From Terriglobia bacterium (GTDB lineage Bacteria; Acidobacteriota; Terriglobia; 2-12-FULL-54-10): 64,000 nt of DNA. Location of the stretch: assembly GCA_963666975.2 (NCBI GenBank), contig CAXVYR010000004.1, positions 320,001-384,000 on the forward strand, given 5' to 3'. Shown piece by piece: positions 38,577 to 49,065 of the stretch. Below the pieces are notes generated by a model, which did not search any database, was not told the DNA's origin, and worked only from the letters and a program-made list of their open reading frames with translations. The position numbers and the translations under genes were made by a program. Numbering within the stretch: position 1 is the stretch's first letter; the number at the start of each line of letters is the position of its first letter.

Positions 38577-41500
38577 ATGCGACACGCGTTGGCGCTTTGC
38601 CGTTCTAGTATTTTATCGGGACTTTTGCTTTTTTGCGCTCATGGGGTAATCCACCCAGCCTCGGCGCAGGTCCGCGAAATGAGCACGAAAGGGGCCGTAG
38701 AAACCTACGGAAAATTGCCGCTCGCCTTCGAGGCCAACGAGGGCCAAGCCGCCCCCCAGGCCCGGTTCCTGTCCCGAGGCAGGGGCTACACGCTGTTTCT
38801 GACGCCGGGGGGGGGGAGGCGGTGCTGGCGTTGCGAGGCCCCCATGCACGCCCTATGCCCCAGGACCGGCCAAACTCCGCACCATCGCCTGCCGGGATCG
38901 AAGGTGGACAGCCTTCCGAGCCTGCTGTGATCCGCATGCGGCTGGTCGGGGCCAATCCAGGGCCGCGGATGACGGGCGCCGAAGAACTCCCTGGAATAAG
39001 CAATTACTTCATCGGCAGCGATCCAGAGAAGTGGCGGACTAACGTTCCACGCTATGCCCAGGTGCGGTATCAGGATGTTTATCCGGGCGTGGACCTCATC
39101 TACTACGGCAACCAGCGGCAACTGGAGTACGACTTCATAGTTGCTCCGGGGGCAGACCCCGAACCGATTCAGTTGGAAATCCAGGGCGCCGATCAACTCG
39201 AAATCGATGCCACGGGCGACTTGGTGCTCCATTTCGCCAGCGGGCAAGTCCGTCTGCGCAAACCGCTAATCTATCAAAACAGAGGTGGGCAAAACAGGGG
39301 CGGGCAAAAGACAAGCGGGCAGGAAGGAGCCGGAATCCGGCAAGAAATCGCCGGCGGCTACGTGCTCCTGGGCAGCCATCAGGTCGGCTTCGAGATCGAA
39401 GCCTATGACCCGACCCAGCCTCTGATCATCGACCCGGTGTTGGTTTACTCCACCTTCCTTGGCGGCGACTTTGAAGATTTTGGCAAAGACATCGCCGTGG
39501 ACGCGGCCGGCAATGCCTATGTGACAGGCGAAACCGGCTCCACCAACTTCCCTACAGCGAGTTCTTTCCAGGCCTCCTTCGGCGGCGGCGGTTTTCCCGG
39601 CGACGCCTTCGTAACGAAACTGAATGCCACCGGCGACGGCATCGTGTATTCCACCTATCTGGGCGGCAGCGGCCTCGACCTAGGCGAAGGCATCGCAGTA
39701 GACACGAATGGCAACGCCTACGTCACGGGGAATACTTTATCTGCTGATTTCCCCACAGCCAGCGCCTTCCGCAACTCCAATAGCGGCGGCAGCGACGCTT
39801 TTGTCACCAAGCTGAATCCCGCAGGCAACGGCATCCTCTACTCCACCTACCTCGGCGGCAGCAACGACGATTTCGGCGAGGACATCGCCGTGGACGCCAG
39901 CGGCAATGCTTACGTTACGGGCAACACCAATTCAAACAACTTTATCGCGCTGGCCGCTTTTGCGGATGTTGTCCAGAATGGCTATGCCGGAGGCGCTAGC
40001 GACGCTTTTGTTACGAAGTTCGCTCCTACCGGCTCGGCGATTGTCTATTCCACCTACCTCGGCGGCGGCATCGACGATGAAGGCAAGGGTATCGCTGTGG
40101 ACGCCGATGGCAACGTCTACGTCACGGGGGTGACCAACTCGCTCGACTTCCCCACGAATGTTCCATTCCAGCCCGCGACGGGAGGCTTTCATGACGCTTT
40201 CATATCGAAGCTGAATCCAGTCGGCAACGGCCTCCTCTACTCCACCTACCTGGGAGGCAGCGGCGAAGATTCAGGCGATGGCATCGCTCTCGACTCGAGC
40301 GGCAATGCCTATGTCACGGGGGGGACCGCCTCGCTTGACTTCCCTACGGCCAAGCCTTTGCATCCTGTTCATCTCGGCATCGACGATGCCTTTGTGACAA
40401 AGCTGAATAGCGCCGGGTCTGCCCTGGTCTACTCGACCTTCCTGGGCGGCAGCGGCAGTGATACGGGGGAGGGCATCGCAGTGGACTCCGTCGGGAGCGC
40501 CTACATCGTGGGCACAACCAACTCGGCCGACTTCCCTACGGCCAATCCCTTCCTGAGCGCCAAGGCCGGCTTCCGCGATGCCTTTGTGACGAAGTTGAAT
40601 GGCGCCGGCAACGCCCTCGTTTATTCCACCTACCTGGGCGGCAGCACGGATAATTTAGGCGAGGCCATCGCCGTGGACGCCAACCGCAACGCTTATGTTA
40701 CGGGCTATACCATGTCACCCAATTACCCCACCATCGGCCCCTTCCAGGCTGGCTGCGGCGGAGGCACAGGGGGATGCCTAGACGCCTTCGTAGGGAAGAT
40801 TCGGGAAGGCCAAATGACCATTCCCCTCTTCCCGCCGCTCGATATCGCCACGTCTTCGCCTTTGCCAGACGGCAACACCGGAACGAGATACTCCCAGGTG
40901 CTGGGCGCGACGGGAGGCACGCCGCCCTACAGTTGGTCGATCACAACAGGTTCTCTTCCGCCGGGCTTGACACTAGATGCTTCCACAGGCGCAATCGTCG
41001 GCACTCCTGCGACTCTCGGAACCTTCAGCTTTACAGTCCAGGTCACGGATTCCGCTCAGGAGACTGCACTAAAAGACGTTGCAATCCTGATCATCGATAG
41101 CGGCTCAGCCTGCGTGGATTCGATTTCTCCCCTCCGGAAAATTTTTCCGTTCGGCGGGGACAACGGAACCATCGGCGTGATCGCTTCCAGCGCCTGTAAC
41201 TGGGCGGCTACGAGCAATGCTGCCTTCATCACCGTTTCCTCGGGCGCATCCGGCACAGGCAACGGCACGGTGAGCTATGCCGTGGCCGAGAACACTTCGG
41301 CAACCGTTCGCACGGGGCACCTTTCCATCGGCGGGCAAACTTTTACCGTCAGGCAAGCCGGAACCGCGCCCCTGTTCCTGCTCCGTCCCGAATTGCTGAC
41401 TTTTACTTTCCAGGCGGGATCCACTCAGGCGGATGAGCAAGCCATTTCTATTTTCAGCGTCAGTCTCGATCTGGCGTTTATGGCCTCGGCTGCTACCACA

Positions 41501-43762
41501 AACGACAACGACGGGGACTGGCTGTCGGTGAACCCGGGCAGCGGAACCGCGCCCTCCACCCTTTTGATTACCGCAGACCCATCCGGCCTCGCGCCTGCCA
41601 CTTATCAGGGCACCGTCACGGTCACGATAGTCACGATACCCAGCGCCGACCCTTCCTCCCGGATCGTCCCGGTCACCCTGATAGTGGAGGAAGCAGTAAC
41701 TGCCAGCTTGGCGGTACGACCGGGCAATCTTCGCTTCCCGTTTGTGCTCGAGGCGGAGGCTCTTACAAAGCGGATCGGAGTTTTCAACGAAGGCACAGCC
41801 TCTTTGGATTTTGAGGCGACACCCGGCACTCTCTCCGGTGGCGCCTGGCTGACGGTCGCACCTGCCAGCGACACCGCCACGCTGGATACTCCGAGTGCAG
41901 TGGCCGTAACGGCCAACCCCGGCGGATTGACTGCCGGGACTTACCGCGGGGTGGTAACTGTTTCCAGTTCTACCACCGGGCAGAGCACTACAGTGCCTGT
42001 GACCATGACGATTAGCGGCGTTGAGCAGTTACTCCGGCTATCGCAGCGAGGCTTGACGTTCCGGTCCGTTGTGGGCGGCGCGGCTCCTCCCTCGCAGAAC
42101 TTCGGGGTCGGCAACAATGGACGGGGGAGATTGAACTGGACGGCGGACCCCTCAACGCTCTCGGGCGGCAACTGGCTCACGGTGAGCCCCACCAGCAACT
42201 TTACCGACGCGGGCTCTGGGAGTGTTCCGCAGGTGGAAGTCAGCGTTAATCCAGCGAACCTCGCTGCGGGAGAGTACTACGGGCAGGTGCAGGTGTCCTC
42301 ACCGGAGGCCGACAACTCACCGCAGGTGGTTTCCGTCGTCCTGAATGTATTGCCGGCGGGCAGCGATCCGGGAGCGGTGGTGCGGCCTGCCGGGGTGGTC
42401 TTCACAGGGATTGCCGGAGGAAGCGATCCAACCTCGCAGACCATCACAGTGTCGAATCTGACCGACAGTTCGAAGACATTTGTCTCCGGCCGGTTCACCT
42501 CGGACGGTTCGGACTGGTTCACGCAGTCGCCGACCAGCGGCACGGTGGGGTTGTCTCCCCCGGTCTCAATCGTCATTCAGCCCCGCATCGCCGGTCTGAC
42601 GGCCGGAGTGCGACGAGGGACGCTGACCCTGGCGTTCGGCGACGGCTCGGTGCGGACGGTAGAGATGGCGCTGGTGCTGGCCGACACCAGCGGAGCGCCG
42701 CAACGCGTGCCGCCCATAGCGCGGCTGGCCGGCTGTACCCCGACGGCATTGCTGCCGGTGTTCACCTTGCTGGGCAACCAGTTCAACGTCTCGGCGGCAT
42801 GGCCGGTTCCGATTGAGACGCTGGTGGTCGACGACTGCGGCGACCCGCTGATCAATGGCTCGGTGTTGCTGACCTTCTCCAACGGCGACCCGCCGCTGCC
42901 GCTTCAAACGCTGGCCGGCGGCCGATGGAGCGGGACATGGCAGGCGCGCAATGCCGGGGTGAGTGAGGTCACGATCACGGTGACGGCAGCGATTCCCGGC
43001 ACTGCAATCCAGGGAACAACGCAGCTTGTGGGCGGATTGCAGGCTAACCCGAGTATCCCGTATGTGGGAGGGGGTGGCGTGGTGAGCGCGGCCAGCTTCG
43101 CGGCGCTGGTTCCAGCCTCGCCGGGCAGCATGATCTCGATCTTCGGAGTGGAGATGGCCGATGGGATTGGACGTTCGCTCTCTATTCCTCTGTCCACATC
43201 GCTGGCGGGCGCTACGGTGCTGCTGGGCGGGCAAACCCTCCCGCTGCTGTTCACCAGCGCAGGCCAAATCAACGCGCTGGTTCCTTACGGGATTGCCACC
43301 AACACCGAGCATCAATTAGTGGTCCAGCGGGGAGCAAGCTTTACGGTGCCGGAACCGGTGACGGTGGCAGCAGCCCAACCGGCGGTCTTCACCATCAACC
43401 AGCAGGGCACTGGCCAAGGAGCGGTGCTGAACCAGGACTTCTCGTTCAACTCGGCCGAGAACCCGGCGGCGATCGGCGCGGTGGTGCAGTTGTTCTGCGC
43501 CGGGTTGGGAGAGGTAAACCCGCCGGTAGAGGCGGGCGCAGCCGCGCCCTCTTCCCCTCTCGCCAGGACGGTGGACGAAGTCACGGTCACTATTGGTGGC
43601 GTGTCTGCGCAGGTGGACTTTTCCGGCTTGGCTCCGAACTTTGCGGGGTTGTATCAGGTCAACGCCGTGGTCCCGGCGGGCGTGACGCCCGGCAACGACG
43701 TGCCGGTGGTCCTCAGCGTCGCCGGGCAGAGCAGCCCCACTGTCACCATTGCCGTTCAGTAA
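38577..43762 (+). CDS. Large secreted SBBP beta-propeller / Ig / BACON-like protein with Solibacter-type C-terminal domain, frameshifted at a G10 tract
   Basis: Signal peptide and [11 protein letters not shown] in ORF 38577-; remainder in another frame with seven YSTYLGGS...IAVD..GNAYVTG repeats, GSLPPGLTL Ig domain, VVSAASF...GLYQVNA C-terminal domain. Confidence 0.88.
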
Positions 43763-43888
43763 GATGGCCGTGCAGGGATCTGGCAGCACTCCATCTTGGG
43801 TCGGAACCTGAGTTTGGAAGTTGAAATCCTTTTTGTCCCGGCCATTGTTTTCGGGTGGTAGTCTTTCTCATGGGGCAATCTGAGCGGA

Positions 43889-44707
43889 ATGGGACCGCCG
43901 GCCATGGAAAGCAAATCTCCGCAGTTCAATGCGCAAGAGATGGCGGAACAGGCCCGCACGTCCAGCGGCACTCAACTGGAGAACCTGCTGTACCACCGCT
44001 CGCGAGACGTGCTGGAGGCATTGCTGGAGAACACACACTTGGGCGAGCAGCAATTGGCGGTATTGCTGGCCCGCAGAGACCTCCCCCGCGAAATTGTGAC
44101 GAGGATCGCACAGAACAAGGATTGGATGCGAAGCTATTCCCTGAAGGTGTCGGTCGTGATGCACCCGCGCGCGCCCCGGCACCTGACGGTTCCTCTGCTG
44201 AAGTTTCTCTATCTGTTTGACCTGCTTGCGCTTGCTGCTGCAACCGGTGTTCCGGCGGAATTAAAGCGGATGGCCGAAAATGCCATTCTATCCCAGAGAG
44301 AGGGCATTGCGCTGGGGCAGCGGATTTCCCTCGCCCGTCGTGGCTCCACGCGAATCGCGGGAAGCTTGCTAGCCGATACCGATCCGAAAGTGCTTGCGGC
44401 CGCTCTGGAGAATCCTTCGCTCACGGACTATTCGGTCGCCGCGGCGTTGTTACAGGGATCAGCAACCAGCCATCTGACCGATGCCGTGATCGTACACTCT
44501 CGCTGGGCTATGAGGCATCCCGTCAAGCTGGCCCTGCTTCGCAGTCCACACCTTTCGCTGGCCCGCCTCATGGGCATACTGTCAGAGCTATCCCTGGGGG
44601 ATCTATCCGACCTGGCCGCTGACCCTCGCGTCGCAAACAACATCCGGGGATATGCCGCCAGGACACTGCGAGCCCGCCGTTCCCTTATGAAAGCAAAACA
44701 TTTATAA
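43889..44707 (+). CDS. Conserved hypothetical alpha-helical repeat protein
   Basis: Leu-rich helical ORF with LLEN, LENP, HPRAP repeats. Confidence 0.7.
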   Translation: MGPPAMESKSPQFNAQEMAEQARTSSGTQLENLLYHRSRDVLEALLENTHLGEQQLAVLLARRDLPREIVTRIAQNKDWMRSYSLKVSVVMHPRAPRHLTVPLLKFLYLFDLLALAAATGVPAELKRMAENAILSQREGIALGQRISLARRGSTRIAGSLLADTDPKVLAAALENPSLTDYSVAAALLQGSATSHLTDAVIVHSRWAMRHPVKLALLRSPHLSLARLMGILSELSLGDLSDLAADPRVANNIRGYAARTLRARRSLMKAKHL

Positions 44708-44974
44708 TATAAGTGACGGCTAGCGGGACGGTCCCCGCGAAAGAAACAGTCCGAGTGGAGTCCGGTTCGAGCTTTTGAGGCAAGGGAATCACCGAAGGCC
44801 AGAGTAAGGCTCCGAGCCTTTTGTCGCGCTGACCGAGATACGGGCTTGCGAATTGGATTTCTCTGGCTATAATTACGGGGGAAGTTTTTCGGCTGGTTTC
44901 AAATTGAATTAGTTTTGCCTTGAGCAAACTCAGGATAATTACCTGGCAAACTTAGGAAAAAGGCGGCATCTGCT

Positions 44975-46294
44975 ATGAAGAGGGGAAACATTCTTTGTGC
45001 GTTGATCATAACAACTTTGTTTTGCGGCTGGATGACGGTCCTGCCTGGCGCTCTTGCGGCGCAGGAGCAGGGCGCGGCCCAGCAAGAATCGCCTTGGAAG
45101 GACCGCGCCGAGTACGACGCCTACAATGCAATGGCTCAGGCAACGGACCCCGATCAGCAAATCGAGCTCGCGGATAAATATCTGGCAGATTACCCGGAGA
45201 CGAAGTTCGGTGACAAAGTGCTCGAATTCAAGCTGCAAGCCTACCAGCAACTCAATAACAGCGAGCTGATACAAGAAACCGCCACCAAGCTGCTGGAAGT
45301 CAAACCGGACTATTTCCATGCTCTTTACCTGCTCAGCTATTTGTTGCCCCGGACCATCAATGTGCAGGATGCGAGCATGAGCCAGAAGCTGGACCGCGCC
45401 GAAGACTACGCCCGGCGGGGTCTCCAGGAAGTGGGCAACCTCCCCCAGCCGGAAGGCGTCTCAGCCCAGGATTTTCAGAAGCAAAAAGATCAAGCCACAG
45501 CGGTGTTTCACCAAACCGCCGGGTTCGTGGCACTGCAGAAGAAAAACTATTCGCAGGCCGAGCAGGAGTTGCACCAAAGCGCGGAGATGAATCCCACTGA
45601 TTCTCTCGGCTTCTACTGGCTGGGTCTTGCCTATCTTTCTCCCCAGCCGGCAAAACATGATCCGGGCATGTGGGCGCTAGCCCGGGCCGTTTCAATTTCC
45701 GGCCCCAGTGCCCTGCCACCCGCAACCAAGACCACTGTTCAGAAATATCTCAACGATGTATACGACGCGCGGCATGGCTCCACCGAGGGTCTGGACGAGG
45801 TGCTGGCACAAGCCGCCTCCTCTCCCTTCCCGCCGCCGGACTTTCACGTTATGACAGTGCAGGAATCACCGGAGTACATAGCCCAGCAGGAGGCGTTGAA
45901 GCAGGAAGAGTTGAGGCAGGAGAAGTTGAGGCAGGAGGCATTGGCGAGGGAGGCGTTGATAGCGGAACTCACTACCTTTGACGTCATCGCGGAATATCTG
46001 GCGGGAGGCGGAGAAAAAGCGGCCGCCACCTGGGAGATTCTGGAGGGGCAAAACCTGGAATTGCCCGGGAGAGTTGTGGGCGATTATGCTGTGGACTCTT
46101 CTTCTATCAAGCTGGCGGTTTCACCTGCGGTCATGGGCCAGGAAGGAAAGCACGACTTGGAGGTAACACTAACCTCGCGCTTGACGGAGCCTCTCAAGAG
46201 AAACACGGATATCAAGGTCGATGGCAAGCTCGATTCCTACACGAGCAAGCCGTTTCTGGTACGGTTCATCGAAGGGAAGATCACTTCCCGATAA
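44975..46294 (+). CDS. Secreted TPR-like protein
   Basis: Signal peptide, WKDRAEYDAY, TPR-like helices, QExL pentapeptide coiled segment. Confidence 0.78.
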   Translation: MKRGNILCALIITTLFCGWMTVLPGALAAQEQGAAQQESPWKDRAEYDAYNAMAQATDPDQQIELADKYLADYPETKFGDKVLEFKLQAYQQLNNSELIQETATKLLEVKPDYFHALYLLSYLLPRTINVQDASMSQKLDRAEDYARRGLQEVGNLPQPEGVSAQDFQKQKDQATAVFHQTAGFVALQKKNYSQAEQELHQSAEMNPTDSLGFYWLGLAYLSPQPAKHDPGMWALARAVSISGPSALPPATKTTVQKYLNDVYDARHGSTEGLDEVLAQAASSPFPPPDFHVMTVQESPEYIAQQEALKQEELRQEKLRQEALAREALIAELTTFDVIAEYLAGGGEKAAATWEILEGQNLELPGRVVGDYAVDSSSIKLAVSPAVMGQEGKHDLEVTLTSRLTEPLKRNTDIKVDGKLDSYTSKPFLVRFIEGKITSR

Positions 46295-46495
46295 GAAGGC
46301 CTGTAAGATCTGTGTTCTGAATCCAGGGCGGCTCCGTTCGCCCTGGAATGACTCATGCCCCTGGAGCCTAGGAAATCAGGCTCTTTCAACTCCGATACTA
46401 TTGTTCTATCTTGTTTCCTTTTTCCAATTTTTTAGACCACTATTAGGGTTTCCGTAGACCCTATCCTGATGGGGAGAGACAACCGCCCCTTTTGC

Positions 46496-46648
46496 TGTCA
46501 TCCTGAGCAACGCGAAGGATCTGCTTGTCTTTCGTTTGGAGTGAAAGCTGCTCGGACAAGCAGATTCTTCGGGCCGAACCGCATCGGCCCCTTCGGCAAG
46601 CTCCCTTCGACTTCGCTCAGGGCAGGCAGGGCAGGCTCTCAGAATGAC
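46496..46648. repeat. REP-like palindromic element with nested 23-24 bp inserts
   Basis: tgtcatcctgagc...gaaggatctgc / gcagattcttcg...ctcagaatgac arms; nested cccttcg...ctcagggcagg units at 46589-46635. Confidence 0.75.
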
Positions 46649-46775
46649 CCCACGTATACGCTCTAATGATGCGGATGCACTCGGAAAACCATGCCGGCGG
46701 CAAAGCGCTGCCAGCAGAACACTGAAAATAGCGCCGGTTCGTTTTGTGCCAGAAGCCGGGAAATGCGGAGAGGAA

Positions 46776-47030
46776 TTACTTTTTAGCGGATTTGGATTTG
46801 TTCGCCTTTGCCGTGCGATGGCCGTTCCTGCTGCTGAGCTTGTACTCCTCCATCTTTCTGCCCAAGGTGTTCCGGTGGATTCCTAACGCTTTAGCCGACT
46901 GGGATTGATTGCCGCGGTTGTTTTCCAGGACTCTGTAGATATATCTTTTTTCGAACTCAGACATAGCGTCAAGGAAAAACATACCGCTGTCCACCATCTG
47001 CGCGATCAGCCGCTCCATTTGATCTTTCAC
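46776..47030 (-). CDS. Fis-family HTH protein
   Basis: EFEKRYIYRVLENNRGNQSQSAKALGIHRNTLGRK. Confidence 0.88.
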   Translation of the reverse strand: MKDQMERLIAQMVDSGMFFLDAMSEFEKRYIYRVLENNRGNQSQSAKALGIHRNTLGRKMEEYKLSSRNGHRTAKANKSKSAKK

Positions 47031-47072
47031 ATGCGCTCCTTCAGGAGAGTGATTGCTTTTCTTCCAAATTCC

Positions 47073-48044
47073 TTATCCTGACCCATTCCAAGCGAGGCCA
47101 GCCGCAGAACCTTCCGGCAGCCGTCCAGGCCGCTGCCGCTCATTCAATTCATGTCCCGTCAACAGCCGGAAAATCTCCAGGTATTTTAAGGCTGTTTGCT
47201 CCACCACCTCCGGGGGCAGGGTGGGAGCAGGCGGCAGCTTATTCCAGCCAATGGATGCCACATAATCGCGCACATATTGCTTATCGAAAGAGGGCTGTGA
47301 GCCTCCCGGCCGGTAACCCTCCCGAGGCCAGAAGCGGGAAGAGTCCGGTGTAAGCACTTCGTCGATCAGCAAAATTCCCGCCTCGTCGATTCCAAACTCG
47401 AATTTGGTGTCCGCCAGGAGAATGTCGCGGCTTTCGGCGTGCTGGGCCGCTCGCTGATACAGGGCCAGGCTGCAATCCCGCAACTGCTCCGCCCGGCTCC
47501 GGCCGATTTGATCCGCCATATGCTCAAAAGAGATGTTCTCGTCGTGGCCGGATTGCGCTTTGCTGGCGGGAGTGAACACCGGCTCGCTGAGCCGTTCCGA
47601 CTCCCGCAACCCCGCGGGCAACGCCAGCCCGCCCGTGGAGCCGGTGGCTTGGTAATCTTTCCAGCCAGATCCGGAAATATAACCGCGCACCACGCATTCA
47701 ATCAGCACGGGGCGGGCCGCCTGAACCAGCATCGAGCGGCCCGATAGCTGGCTGCGATATGGACGGAATTGCTCCGGATAGTCATTAGGGTTTGCCGACA
47801 GAAAATGATTCGGAACAATGTCGCGCAACATCTCAAACCAAAAAATGGAGAGCCGCGTGAGGACCTCTCCTTTCCAGGGAATTCCAGTCCCCAGCACGCT
47901 GTCATAGGCCGAAATGCGGTCCGTCGCCACCATCACCAGGCGATCCCCGGCCCGATACATATCCCGGACCTTGCCTTGCGAGACAAGCTCGGCCCCCGGA
48001 AGGTCCGTGCTGAGTATGACTGGGCTCGAAAGTATCTTGCTCAC
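47073..48044 (-). CDS. purC: SAICAR synthetase
   Basis: GKVRDMY, TDRISAYD, ECVVRGYI, ADTKFEFG, DEVLTPDSSRFW, FDKQYVRD. Confidence 0.97.
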   Translation of the reverse strand: MSKILSSPVILSTDLPGAELVSQGKVRDMYRAGDRLVMVATDRISAYDSVLGTGIPWKGEVLTRLSIFWFEMLRDIVPNHFLSANPNDYPEQFRPYRSQLSGRSMLVQAARPVLIECVVRGYISGSGWKDYQATGSTGGLALPAGLRESERLSEPVFTPASKAQSGHDENISFEHMADQIGRSRAEQLRDCSLALYQRAAQHAESRDILLADTKFEFGIDEAGILLIDEVLTPDSSRFWPREGYRPGGSQPSFDKQYVRDYVASIGWNKLPPAPTLPPEVVEQTALKYLEIFRLLTGHELNERQRPGRLPEGSAAGLAWNGSG

Positions 48045-48175
48045 GGGAAATAAGCTCTTAACATGCGGCGGGCTAATTTTAAGCGAGCGGAGTTATTTGT
48101 CAATAGATTTTTTTTGCTCCGCAATTTAGCCTGGAATTGGGGGGGGGGGGAAGTCTCGCAGCCGTGCGAGGAAGC

Positions 48176-49042
48176 CTAACGGGCGGCTTCCGCGTGATCC
48201 TCGCTGGAATCTTCAAACTCTATCTGCGGCGCATCCGAAATCAGTCCTTGCTCATGCCCCATTTGCAAAAGTTTCTGAATCGCTTCCCGCCCCTGCCGGC
48301 CATAGTCCAGAGTATAGTCGTTTACATACATCCCGACGAAACGGTCGGCCAGAGGGGTTTCCATGCCCCGGGCAAACTGCAAGGCATAGGCCAGCGCCTC
48401 CTCCCGGTAATCCAGCGCATACTGGATGCTGCCCCGAACGATGGTGGCGATCTCCTTGCGAACAGGCCCGGGCAAGGCTTTGCGCACCGCGTTGCCGCCG
48501 AGCGGAAGGGGAAGACCGAATTTCTCCTTCCACCAAACGCCCAAATCCAAAACGCGATGCAAACCGTCCTGGTTGTAGGTAAGCTGTCCCTCGTGGATCA
48601 ACAGGCCCGCATCGACGCTGTTCTCCTTCACGGCATCGATAATCTGATCGAAAGGCACCACGACGGGCTGGAAGTCCGGCTGATACAGCTTCAACACCAG
48701 AAAGGCGGTGGTGAGCGTGCCGGGGATGGCTATTTTTTTTCCCCGCAACTGCTCCGGCGTATGGCTGCGGGCGCTCACCAGAATCGGGCCGTACCCATCT
48801 CCCATGCTGCTGCCGCAAGGCAGCAGAGAGTACAGCTTCGAGATATAGGGAACCGCATGAAAGGAGACGGCGGTAATGTCCCATACCCCTTCCCTGGCCT
48901 GCTGGTTGAGGGTCTCAATATCCATCAGATGATGGCGGAAAAGAAGCGTCTCCGACTCCACCTTGTTGGCGGCCAGAGCGTAGAACATAAAGGCGTCATC
49001 CGAGTCCGGACTGTGCGCGAGCGTAATTTCACGTTTTGCCAT
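48176..49042 (-). CDS. mqnD: 1,4-dihydroxy-6-naphthoate synthase (futalosine pathway, MqnA/MqnD family)
   Basis: AHSPDSDDAFMFY, DIETLN, SMGDGYGP, PGTLTTA, LIHEGQLTY, LPLPLG, MYVND. Confidence 0.85.
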   Translation of the reverse strand: MAKREITLAHSPDSDDAFMFYALAANKVESETLLFRHHLMDIETLNQQAREGVWDITAVSFHAVPYISKLYSLLPCGSSMGDGYGPILVSARSHTPEQLRGKKIAIPGTLTTAFLVLKLYQPDFQPVVVPFDQIIDAVKENSVDAGLLIHEGQLTYNQDGLHRVLDLGVWWKEKFGLPLPLGGNAVRKALPGPVRKEIATIVRGSIQYALDYREEALAYALQFARGMETPLADRFVGMYVNDYTLDYGRQGREAIQKLLQMGHEQGLISDAPQIEFEDSSEDHAEAAR

Positions 49043-49065
49043 TGTGGACCTGGAAGTATATACCG

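Noticed and set aside
39440-40800. Regularly spaced DNA repeats that could be mistaken for an array
   Set aside because: They are coding SBBP propeller-blade repeats with synonymous variation, not CRISPR repeats.
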